Assembly (NCBI GenBank): GCA_050246315.1
Contig: JBFWWG010000003.1
Location: forward strand, 96,001-160,000
Direction: 5' to 3'
Length of the DNA stretch: 64,000 nt
Source: Nitrospiraceae bacterium
GTDB lineage: Bacteria; Nitrospirota; Nitrospiria; Nitrospirales; Nitrospiraceae
Part shown: piece after piece, positions 1 through 7,800 of the stretch
Layout: every line of letters begins with the position of its first letter
Position numbering within the stretch: position 1 is the stretch's first letter
Program-made: the position numbers and the translations under genes
The notes under the pieces: model-generated
Seen by the model: only the letters and a program-made list of their open reading frames with translations
The model's database searches: none
Told to the model about the DNA's origin: nothing

Positions 1-191
1 AGCCGACGGAAGTAGAGGGGGTCCGGCATTGCCCGGAATGCCGGCGTGACGTGCATCTGGCCTTGACCGCGGACACCTTCCGACGGCACAGCGAAGAAGG
101 CCGCTGCATCGCCGTGCCGGTCTTACGGAATAATCCGGAGGACGATCCGAACGAGCCGGTCTATTGGGTCGGGGAGGTCGTCAACCCATAA
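1..191 (+). CDS. 3' end of a hypothetical Cys-motif protein (partial at window edge)
   Basis: Frame starting at base 3 is open to TAA at 189-191 and reads PTEVEGVRHCPECRRDVHLALT...EGRCIAV...VVNP*; CxxC motif. Confidence 0.6.
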   Translation, partial: PTEVEGVRHCPECRRDVHLALTADTFRRHSEEGRCIAVPVLRNNPEDDPNEPVYWVGEVVNP

Positions 192-274
192 AAATCCTCA
201 TGGATTCCCGCTCTAGCGAGTGTGAAGCCAAGGAGGGGAAACGAATGCCAACGCATTGGGAGTAGAGGGGCTAG

Positions 275-387
275 CCCACATTTTTCATGACGGTTCCCAC
301 TAAGACGCCAGGCGTCGGACCCGTTGCATGGAAAAGAGCAACGGGTCACACGGCGGTTGCAGGAGCAGCGCTCATGAATAATGTGGG
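275..387. mobile_element. MITE-like element
   Basis: Terminal inverted repeats cccacatttttcatga (275-290) / tcatgaataatgtggg (372-387), 15/16 match; internal perfect 10-bp stem gacccgttgc (318-327) / gcaacgggtc (338-347); no ORF. Confidence 0.65.
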
Positions 388-409
388 TGAAGCGTAGGGG
401 CCGATCCGG

Positions 410-673
410 CTAGCGGTAGACTTCTCGCCGATGCCCGATCTTGACGATTTCAACCACGTGAGCAGAATCATCAACGCCGTAGACAATGCGATAGTCTCCC
501 TGCCGGATGCGGTATCGCTTGGCTTCGCCTGAAAGCGTTTCACAGCCGGAGGGGTGTGGCTGCTGAGTCAACCCGCGGATGCGGTTGACCACTCGGCGAA
601 GGTCACCCACCGGAAGTTTCTTGAGCTCCTTTTCAGCCGAGCGTTTGATGACGAGACTATAGAAGTCCGTCAC
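410..673 (-). CDS. RelE/ParE family type II toxin
   Basis: YSLVIKRSAEKELKKL...YRIRQGDYRIVY...IGHRREVYR is typical of RelE; GTG start at 673 overlaps the antitoxin end. Confidence 0.9.
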   Translation of the reverse strand: MTDFYSLVIKRSAEKELKKLPVGDLRRVVNRIRGLTQQPHPSGCETLSGEAKRYRIRQGDYRIVYGVDDSAHVVEIVKIGHRREVYR

Positions 674-887
674 GCTTGAGATCCTCGAGCACTTTCTCGA
701 AAGGTCGCGACGGTTCTTTTGCTCGGCGATCAAAGGCCTCTAGATCGACCGCATCCTCGCGAAGAGATTCGAGCACTGCGGCATTCACCAGGTCCGAGAC
801 TGAGCGGTCGGTCGTGGCAGCCTTGATCTTGAGGGCACGATACACCTGAGGTTTTAAGTAGATGGTGGTACGGGTGTCGGATGGCAT
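657..887 (-). CDS. CopG/RHH-type antitoxin, partner of RelE
   Basis: RTTIYL...ALKIKAA...SVSDLVNAAV ribbon-helix-helix pattern; GGAGGAG RBS before ATG 887; overlaps the toxin gene. Confidence 0.85.
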   Translation of the reverse strand: MPSDTRTTIYLKPQVYRALKIKAATTDRSVSDLVNAAVLESLREDAVDLEAFDRRAKEPSRPFEKVLEDLKRDGLL

Positions 888-933
888 GCGGCTCCTCCCA
901 TGTGACCTTGTTGCATTATAGCAATGTAGCATC

Positions 934-1158
934 ATGACATCAAAGCGTCACACCAAGAGCGATAAGACAAAGGTATTCGGACCTGGCTATCGGGTCTATT
1001 TCGACAAGGATGGTGACAAGCTTGTCATTCTACAAGGTGGAAGCAGAAAGCAACCCCAGCAACAAGCGATCGAGGCGGCGCAAGAGCGATGGACTGACTA
1101 TTGGCGTCGCAAGGCTAGCCAACGGAGACAGATGGGAGGGAGGAGGCAATGGCACTGA
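934..1158 (+). pseudogene. N-terminally truncated HigB-like addiction-module killer protein
   Basis: Only the C-terminal part is recognisable (FGPGYRVYF..DGDKLVILQGG...QQQAIEAAQERWTDY); the usual N-terminal half is missing. Confidence 0.7.
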
Positions 1159-1472
1159 CACGCCAATTTAAGGAAACGGTGACGGCACGCGTGCAGCGCG
1201 ATGCTCGTTTCCGAGAGGCACTCTCTACCGAAGCCATCAATGCATATTTAGCCGGCGAGACCGCCGTCGGCAAGGCGATGCTCCGAGACCTCGTCAACGC
1301 AACTGTCGGCTTCGAGGAACTCGCGACCGCGATCAAGAAGCCGAGCAAGAGCCTCCACCGGATGTTGGCACCCCGCGGAAATCCAAGCACCGAAAATGTC
1401 TTCGGCATCATCCGTGCGCTCCAAAAGAAGGCTCACGTCAAGCTCCGCGTCACGGCAAAAGCAGACAGATGA
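1149..1472 (+). CDS. HTH addiction-module antidote (HigA-like)
   Basis: MALTRQFKETV..RD.RFREAL...LRDLVNATVGFEELA..KSLHRML..GNP pattern; GGAGG RBS; overlaps the toxin remnant. Confidence 0.85.
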   Translation: MALTRQFKETVTARVQRDARFREALSTEAINAYLAGETAVGKAMLRDLVNATVGFEELATAIKKPSKSLHRMLAPRGNPSTENVFGIIRALQKKAHVKLRVTAKADR

Positions 1473-1584
1473 GACGACCGGCACCAGCAATCCCTATTTC
1501 TCATGTCCCCTTACTCATGCCTCATTTCCCAACTTAACCCCTCGGCACTTAGTGCTCAGGCCTTCAGGATCACCCCAGAACTCT

Positions 1585-1624
1585 GCACCCAGCACCCAGC
1601 ACTTCCTGGCGTGCCCCCGGATGT
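1585..1624 (+). repeat. 40-bp direct repeat, copy 1
   Basis: gcacccagcacccagcacttcctggcgtgcccccggatgt; 38/40 identical to 2513-2552. Confidence 0.9.
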
Positions 1625-1764
1625 GATAACCATCGGCTATTGTGTGGCCGGGACCGTGAACCTGCTATCCCACCTGTCCCGGAACAGCGACAGGGGTGCT
1701 CTGCCGGCGGCTATCATGAAGTCAGCATGGCGGATACACAGCGCGGGGGAAGGATGCGGAAGGA

Positions 1765-2181
1765 TCAGGATAACACGGTTAGACCGAGAGAACGAAAATC
1801 TTCATCGAAGGAGAAGCAGGGTGAATGATCAAGCAGCGTCGTCACCACAACGAATGAGAGGGCATCACAGAAAGAAAGTTGATGATCGCGAGCATAGGCT
1901 CGAAAAATCTGTTCGGCTGCCTCGCGCACTTGATCTCCATAAGCAACAATATGAAGCCCTGGTTTCACATCGGTGAGAAAGGCAAGGGCAGTTTGGAAGT
2001 TGCGTCGGTAGCGGAGTAGCGTCACCGTTTCACTGATGATGTCCCAGGTCGTATAGAACGTCGTCCCGACAAGGGCCGACTCGGTGGCAAGGGTGCGCGC
2101 TCTTCTATGGTTGGCATCTTTCGGATCAAGGCAGGCGTAGAAGAATGATGTGTCGCAAAACACCAGCTTGGGCACCGGCAT
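1765..2181 (-). CDS. VapC/PIN-domain toxin
   Basis: FCDTSFFYA...ISETVTLL...LSFCDALSF...FSFDEDF carries the PIN acidic residues. Confidence 0.92.
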   Translation of the reverse strand: MPVPKLVFCDTSFFYACLDPKDANHRRARTLATESALVGTTFYTTWDIISETVTLLRYRRNFQTALAFLTDVKPGLHIVAYGDQVREAAEQIFRAYARDHQLSFCDALSFVVVTTLLDHSPCFSFDEDFRSLGLTVLS

Positions 2182-2447
2182 CAGCGGATCGCGCCACGGG
2201 GTCCATACAGATGGGTTTTCACATGGGAGGAGATCGGAGCCTTCCGACCCCGCGGCCTCGGCAGCTTCTTCATCAGACGAAGCAATCGTCGAGCGGCTGC
2301 CCCCGGTTCTGGCCCGGGTTGCACCGCGCGGAGTTCAGCGACGACTTCATTGTGAACCGTGATCTCAATCCTGGTAGTGGCATCGCGTCGAACCCGACGG
2401 ACTAGTGCGGGTAGCCGCTTACGCGCCTCGCTGATCGAGAGTTTCAT
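2181..2447 (-). CDS. Phd/YefM family antitoxin
   Basis: MKLSISEARKRLPALVRRV...IEITVHNEVVAEL; stop overlaps the VapC start. Confidence 0.88.
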   Translation of the reverse strand: MKLSISEARKRLPALVRRVRRDATTRIEITVHNEVVAELRAVQPGPEPGAAARRLLRLMKKLPRPRGRKAPISSHVKTHLYGPRGAIR

Positions 2448-2456
2448 GATAACCTC

Positions 2457-2485
2457 AATGTACAATCGTGTACATCGCTTGTCAA
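2457..2485 (-). promoter_or_regulatory. sigma70-like promoter with two TGTACA operator palindromes
   Basis: Minus strand TTGACA (2485-2480), 17 bp, TACATT (2462-2457); TGTACA at 2459-2464 and 2469-2474, the core hexamer of YefM-family operators. Confidence 0.7.
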
Positions 2486-2512
2486 TGAACCGGCTACATC
2501 CCCCATTCCTCA

Positions 2513-2552
2513 GCACCCAGCACTCAGCACTTCTTGGCGTGCCCCCGGATGT
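2513..2552 (+). repeat. 40-bp direct repeat, copy 2
   Basis: gcacccagcactcagcacttcttggcgtgcccccggatgt; matches 1585-1624. Confidence 0.9.
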
Positions 2553-2559
2553 CACAGCC

Positions 2560-2730
2560 GACTAGAACCTATCTCAAAATCGAAAAAGCTCACTTCTGAC
2601 GATAGTTGGTTGGGCAAATTAAGAGTTCTTAGGCTCGCTTTCACAGGAAAACATCAATTCGTTGATGACTCAGGAACCTTTTGGAATACGCATTCCCGCT
2701 CGACAAGCAATTTTGAGATAGGTTCTAGTC
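2560..2730. mobile_element. MITE / internally deleted IS
   Basis: Perfect 21-bp inverted repeat gactagaacctatctcaaaat (2560-2580) / attttgagataggttctagtc (2710-2730); AT-rich interior, no transposase. Confidence 0.85.
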
Positions 2731-2945
2731 TCCTGTGAAGCCATGATCTGGCTGGGCTGAAGACGGCACCATTCCCATGCCTTTTTCCCATTCGCCCAGT
2801 GCCGATCGGCGGCATGAGGAACCCGGCCATTCGTCCATCGGCGCATTCGTGATTTCCGAACCGAAAACAGGTATTATTCGGCGGGCGATTGCCCTTGGGA
2901 ACCTCACCCACCCAGGGATCCACGGGACGCTAATCGCGCAACGCT

Positions 2946-4316
2946 ATGCCCACACCTGAAGACAAGGCCCGCCATACAATCGATCGCATCCTTCATCAAG
3001 CCGGTTGGATTGTTCAGGACCACAGAAGCGCCCATCTTCACGCAGGCCGAGGTGTCGCACTCCGAAACGTTCCCCTCACCAGCGGGCACGGGTTCGCGGA
3101 CTACTTGCTCTATGTCGATGGCAAAGCCGCCGGGGTCATTGAGGCGAAGAAGGAAGGCGTCACGCTGACCGGTGTCGAAGTCCAGGCGGCAAAGTACAGC
3201 GAAGGATTGCCGTTCACCTTGCCGGCCTATACCCGGCCTCTTCCGTTTCTCTACCAAAGCACCGGGATTGAAACCCGGTTCACCAACGGACTTGATCCGG
3301 AACCCCGTAGCCGTCGGACCTTCGCCTTTCACAGACCGGAGACGCTAGCCGAATGGATCGATAAGGCAGGGATCCACTCACCTGGAGCAGCCCGCGAGCA
3401 TACGGCCGCGCTGAAGCGTGAGTCGTACCGCCGCCACTCCACCTTTCGCGGCCTGCTCAGACAATTACCGCCGCTCAAGACCGAAGGTCTCTGGCCCGCA
3501 CAGATCACCGCCATCCAGAACCTCGAAACATCACTTGCGCAGGACCGCCCGCGAGCGCTGATTCAAATGGCCACCGGCAGCGGCAAGACCTTCACCGCCA
3601 TCAATTTCATTTACCGCCTGATCAAGTTCGCCGGGGCCAAGCGCGTGCTGTTCCTCGTCGATCGCGGCAACCTGGGCGATCAGACGTTGAAGGAGTTTCA
3701 GCAGTACGTCTCGCCGTACAACAACTTCAAGTTCACCGAAGAGTTCATCGTCCAGCGGCTCACCAGCAATCAGCTCGACCGCACCGCGCGCGTCTGCATC
3801 GGGACGATCCAGCGCCTCTACTCCATGCTCAAAGGGCGCGAGTTAGCAGAAGAAGATGAAGAGGCTTCCGTGTCCGTTCTCGAACGCCTCTTCAAGAAGC
3901 CAGAACCCATTGACTATAATCCCGCCATTCCCATCGAAACCTTCGACGTCATCGTCACCGATGAATGCCACCGGTCCATCTACAACCTGTGGGCGCAGGT
4001 GTTGGAATACTTCGACGCCTCTCTCATCGGCCTCACCGCCACGCCCAACAAGCAGACTTTCGGGTTCTTCAATCAGAACCTCGTCATGGAATACAACCAC
4101 GAGGAGGCCGTAGCCGACGGTGTGAATGTCAATTACGGCGTGTACCGCATCCGCACCGCCATTACCCAGGCCGGCTCCAAGATCGAAGCCAACCTCACCC
4201 GTGCCGAATGTCTCCGGCAGGCGATTCTGAGTCAGGCTTTTACTGGGAAATTAGTTTGCGTAAATGCCAACAGGGACGGTCGGCAGAGTGCTGACATTAA
4301 GATGGCAAAAGCCTAG
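2946..4316 (+). pseudogene. hsdR: Truncated type I restriction subunit HsdR fused in frame to an HsdS C-terminal tail
   Basis: Nuclease motif ADYLL..IEAKK, Walker A MATGSGKT, DECHR and GLTATP present, second helicase domain absent; ends with NLTRAECLRQAILSQAFTGKLV, typical of the HsdS C-terminus. Confidence 0.85.
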
Positions 4317-4319
4317 AAT
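4291..4319 (+). promoter_or_regulatory. Putative sigma70 promoter for DUF5131-tcmP
   Basis: CTGACA (4291-4296), 17 bp, TAGAAT (4314-4319). Confidence 0.5.
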
Positions 4320-4346
4320 AGGCACACTCGGTCAAAAGGATGCTCT

Positions 4347-5135
4347 GTGAGCGAGAATTCAAAAATAGAATGGACTGATGCCACTTGGAACCCGGTTCGA
4401 GGGTGTTCCAAGGTGAGTCCGGGTTGCATGAATTGCTATGCGGAGACGTTCGCGGAGCGTTTTCGCGGTGTGCCCGGCCATCCCTTCGAACAGGGGTTTG
4501 ATCTGCGTCTGGTGCCGGACAAGCTTGCCGAACCCTTGCGTTGGCGAACCCCCAAAATGATCTTCGTCAATTCAATGAGCGATTTGTTCCACGAGCAGGT
4601 TCCCGATGAGTATATCGTCAACGTCGCCCGTGTCATGCGGTTGGCGAACTGGCATACGTATCAGGTCTTGACCAAGCGTTCGGAACGGATGAGAGACCTG
4701 CTCAATCGGAAGCTACAATTTGCCTCCATGCAGCCCAATATCTGGTGGGGGGTGAGCGTCGAAAATAGAAAACATGGCCTCCCGCGCATCGAACAGCTGC
4801 GCGAAGCTCCGGCGCACATCAGATTCTTGTCGATCGAGCCGCTACTTGAAAACCTAGGAACCTTCAGCCTCAAGGAGATTCGTTGGGTGATTGTTGGTGG
4901 AGAAAGTGGCCCTGGTGCGAGACCTATGGCCAAGGAGTGGGTGTTGTCCATCCGTGACTTATGCAGAAAAGCGCAGGTTCCGTTCTTTTTTAAACAATGG
5001 GGTGGTGTCCGGAAGAGTGAAACGGGCAGAACCCTCAATGGAAGAACCTACAACGAATTCCCTGCTCGAAGCACCAGCCCTGTTCCTTCCATCGAAAAGC
5101 TACTTAGTATTCGGGAAGAACTCGAACTCGCATAG
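4347..5135 (+). CDS. DUF5131 / phage Gp37-Gp68 family protein (three-Cys motif, radical-SAM-like)
   Basis: SKIEWTDATWNPVRGCSKVSPGCMNCYA, FVNSMSDLFH, LTKR, FLSIEPLL, WVIVGGESG, FFFKQWGG. Confidence 0.93.
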   Translation: MSENSKIEWTDATWNPVRGCSKVSPGCMNCYAETFAERFRGVPGHPFEQGFDLRLVPDKLAEPLRWRTPKMIFVNSMSDLFHEQVPDEYIVNVARVMRLANWHTYQVLTKRSERMRDLLNRKLQFASMQPNIWWGVSVENRKHGLPRIEQLREAPAHIRFLSIEPLLENLGTFSLKEIRWVIVGGESGPGARPMAKEWVLSIRDLCRKAQVPFFFKQWGGVRKSETGRTLNGRTYNEFPARSTSPVPSIEKLLSIREELELA

Positions 5136-5140
5136 CCTTC

Positions 5141-6217
5141 ATGTCGCCTGAGGACTTCCACGATAAGCCGTTCGATGAGGGTACGCTCACCAAGCTTCAG
5201 ATATTTGAACTTTACGCGCGAGAATGGTTGCCAGTGTTCTTGGCTCCTGAAAAGCCATGGCGCAATGCCATTCATGTATTCGACTTCTTCGCTGGCCCTG
5301 GAACAGATATCCAAAACATTCCCGGCAGTCCACTGAGATTGTTACGACAACTTCAGGAGTATCGGGGAGCCCAGGGGTGGGGGAAAGTCCGCATTCATGT
5401 CCACTTCTATGACGAGGATTCGGGTAAGATTGCCCAGCTTAAACAAAACATTGCTAGTCACGGGCTCCAGCTCCCTAACGTAACTTTCGACATCCAGCCA
5501 TTGCGGTTCGATGATGCCTTTCGGGCTTCCGAATTGACACTGGCGGACTCACAGGCAGCCAAGCTTGTTTTCATCGATCAGACTGGTGTTACGCACGTCA
5601 CGCCCGAGGTGTTTCGCAAGCTGGTGAATGCGCCGACATGTGATTTTCTGTTCTTCCTCTCATCTTCGACACTCCACCGATTTCGTGATCATCCGACCAT
5701 CTGGCAGAAAATTAATCGGCCCGAAGACTACTACCACGTTCATCGTGCAGCTCTTGAGTACTACAGAGGGCTGCTTTCTCCTGGCCAAGAGTATTACCTT
5801 GCTCCGTTTTCAATAAAGAAAGGGGCAAACATTTATGGGCTCATCTTCGGCTCTGCCCACCCGCTTGGCATCGACAAGTTTCTTGAGGTGGTATGGCGTA
5901 AGGATGAATTCAGTGGGGAAGCCGACTTTCCCATCGATCGAGAGAATATTCGCCCCCACCAGCTACTGTTGCCAATGGCCGAGGTTCAGGCGAGCAAAAT
6001 CACGGCTTTCGAAAACGAGCTCGAAAAGCTGCTGAGGGGTGGATGTCTTTCAAGTGAAGTTGATGTTATGAGAGTTTGTTTCGAAAACGGGGTGAAACGG
6101 CAACATGCTAGACCAGTCCTTGCAAAGCTGAAAAAAGAAGGCGTCCTCGATGTAGAGTTCCAGGTTCCAGACGTGCAAAAGATTCGTTCTCCACGACCGA
6201 TTCGTATGAGGAAGTAG
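5141..6217 (+). CDS. tcmP: Three-Cys-motif partner protein (TcmP-like, SAM-binding fold)
   Basis: Directly after DUF5131; TLTKL.IF..Y...W, DFFAGPG, GSPL and VFIDQTG motifs; lower GC than core genes. Confidence 0.8.
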   Translation: MSPEDFHDKPFDEGTLTKLQIFELYAREWLPVFLAPEKPWRNAIHVFDFFAGPGTDIQNIPGSPLRLLRQLQEYRGAQGWGKVRIHVHFYDEDSGKIAQLKQNIASHGLQLPNVTFDIQPLRFDDAFRASELTLADSQAAKLVFIDQTGVTHVTPEVFRKLVNAPTCDFLFFLSSSTLHRFRDHPTIWQKINRPEDYYHVHRAALEYYRGLLSPGQEYYLAPFSIKKGANIYGLIFGSAHPLGIDKFLEVVWRKDEFSGEADFPIDRENIRPHQLLLPMAEVQASKITAFENELEKLLRGGCLSSEVDVMRVCFENGVKRQHARPVLAKLKKEGVLDVEFQVPDVQKIRSPRPIRMRK

Positions 6218-6221
6218 CGGA

Positions 6222-6308
6222 ATGTCTCCCACGTCCCAGATTGTCCAAAAACACTGGAACTCTGCTTGCCTCGTTTCTCTCGGCGCAGACAACTACTGCA
6301 ACGCCCTC
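6222..6308 (+). pseudogene. Degenerate 5' stub of hsdM (stub 1) with a 33-bp hairpin insertion
   Basis: MSPTSQIVQKHWN[ins]YCNAL versus hsdM MNSSAIVQKLWNYCNVL; 6240-6260 is 20/21 identical to 8121-8141 and 6294-6303 is identical to 8142-8151. Confidence 0.85.
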
Positions 6309-6312
6309 CTTA

Positions 6313-6372
6313 CTTGCCGTTCGTGAAGGGGACGATTGGCTTGTGATTACGGTGGTGACCCGTTACTATTGA
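6313..6372 (+). pseudogene. C-terminal remnant of a DUF4258-like toxin
   Basis: LAVREGDDWLVITVVTRYY* immediately upstream of a DUF2283 gene; no start codon. Confidence 0.6.
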
Positions 6373-6398
6373 ACCGTTCGCGCCGTTCAGGAGGCTGT

Positions 6399-6641
6399 AT
6401 GAAACTCACCTACGACCCCCGCTACAACATCGCGTATCTCCGTCTCCATGCCAAGACGGCGGAAGTGGAGACCATTCACGTGAGCGACGAGATTAACATT
6501 GATCTCGCGCCTGACGGCACGGTGTATGGGATCGAACTGCTCAATGCCAACGTGCAACTGGCTCGGGAAGACGCGGGAGAGCTCGTGCTTCAGAACGAGG
6601 CGACCGGCGAACGGACTGCGGTCAAGCTACCGATCGCCTGA
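6399..6641 (+). CDS. DUF2283 family protein (putative antitoxin)
   Basis: MKLTYDPRYNIAYLRL...INIDLAPDGTVYGIELLNA; AGGAGG RBS. Confidence 0.88.
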   Translation: MKLTYDPRYNIAYLRLHAKTAEVETIHVSDEINIDLAPDGTVYGIELLNANVQLAREDAGELVLQNEATGERTAVKLPIA

Positions 6642-6671
6642 GCAGCGTCATTCTTGCCGGAAGTTCGAGCC

Positions 6672-6881
6672 ATGAACGCTCAGATTCGGTTGTCAGATGT
6701 GGTGGCGCTGACCGAGGATATTCCTGATCGCGGTTTACTGTGTGGTCAAGTGGGGACCGTGGTGGAATCGCTCAGGCCTGGTGTCTTTGAAGTGGAGTTC
6801 GTGGACAACGAAGGCAGAACCTATGCCATGCTTCCGCTGAAATCCAGTCAACTGCTCGTGTTGCACTATCAGCCTGCGTGA
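6672..6881 (+). CDS. DUF4926 family protein
   Basis: DVVALTEDIP..GL..GQVGTVVE...FEVEFVDNEGRTYA. Confidence 0.88.
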   Translation: MNAQIRLSDVVALTEDIPDRGLLCGQVGTVVESLRPGVFEVEFVDNEGRTYAMLPLKSSQLLVLHYQPA

Positions 6882-6957
6882 AGGCGTTGCTGCTTCTGTA
6901 TCTCTAGCTGCCCTGATTTTCACGCTCCACGATGTCTCGTTCCCGAGCTGTGATAAC

Positions 6958-7147
6958 ACGAGCCCTTCCGCCATCGTTCAAACACTCTGGAACTACCGCA
7001 ACGTCTTCCGCGACGATGGAATGAGCTATGGCGACTATCATTCGACGCGCTCAGGGCAGGCCCTTCGACGGGTTCGGCAGGCTCACGCCGGCTTGGCTCA
7101 GGACAGGCGTCGAGCAGTTGACGTATCTGCTGTTCCTCAAGGTGGCC
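6958..7147 (+). pseudogene. Degenerate 5' stub of hsdM (stub 2) interrupted by a 70-bp REP-like insertion
   Basis: (ACG)SPSAIVQTLWNYRNVFRDDGMSYGDY[7038-7107]VEQLTYLLFLKVA; 7108-7146 is 37/39 identical to hsdM 8186-8224. Confidence 0.92.
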
Positions 7148-7178
7148 ATGAGCGTGATTCAATGGTTGAGCTGGTCTC

Positions 7179-7526
7179 ATGAAATTGCCCCATGCTGATC
7201 GCCTAGAGATTCCCAAGGCCAAGGTGGTCCAGTATCTCCTCTCTTCGACTCATCGAGCAGGCAGGGGAAAGGCGGGGTTCTTTTCTGCGTGCGGTTTTCA
7301 GGTGTCCAAATGGGATGTGTTGGCACAGGCGCTTCGGCAACACGCAAGGGACAACGTTGTGAGCTTTACTGAAGACATACCGTTTGGCCTCCGCTATGTG
7401 ATCGAAGGACCGCTTGTCGCGCCGAATGGCCGGCAATTGCAAGTTCGGACGGTCCGGTTTATAGATGAGGGTGGTCAGGTACCACGATTTGTGACCGCCT
7501 ATCCCCTCAAACGGAGGATGCCATGA
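7179..7526 (+). CDS. DUF6883-like protein (putative toxin/nuclease)
   Basis: MKLP.A...I...KV..YLL...H..G.GKA.FF...GF...L...L...GPL.APNGR....RFVTAYP. Confidence 0.78.
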   Translation: MKLPHADRLEIPKAKVVQYLLSSTHRAGRGKAGFFSACGFQVSKWDVLAQALRQHARDNVVSFTEDIPFGLRYVIEGPLVAPNGRQLQVRTVRFIDEGGQVPRFVTAYPLKRRMP

Positions 7527-7759
7527 TTCAGGAGTTAGAAGACGTGATTTTGGAGTGTGACCTTCCCAAGCACGACCTGAGGCGTGGCGATATCGGTACC
7601 GTCGTGCTCATTCATCGGGGCGGTGAAGGCTACGAGGTTGAATTTACGACGTTGAATGGCGAGACCGTGGCGGTCGTGACGCTCTTGGCCGCTCAGGTTC
7701 GTCCGGCTCATCAACGTGAAATTGCCCATGCGCGCGAACTGGCCGGGTCCGCATCGTAA
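7523..7759 (+). CDS. DUF4926 family protein (putative antitoxin/immunity)
   Basis: MIQELEDVIL..DLP...L..GDIGTVV.....YEVEF....GETVAVVTL; ATGA overlap with the upstream gene. Confidence 0.88.
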   Translation: MIQELEDVILECDLPKHDLRRGDIGTVVLIHRGGEGYEVEFTTLNGETVAVVTLLAAQVRPAHQREIAHARELAGSAS

Positions 7760-7800
7760 CAGCGCACCCCTTGAACGCTCCTCGTATGAGGAGAAACCAT

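Noticed and set aside
1500..1602. CRISPR array suggested by CAGCACC/CAGCACT repeats
   Set aside because: Short degenerate heptamer tandem repeats with no spacers and no cas genes
6920..7222. 100-aa minus-strand ORF
   Set aside because: Antisense shadow of hsdM stub 2 and its REP insertion
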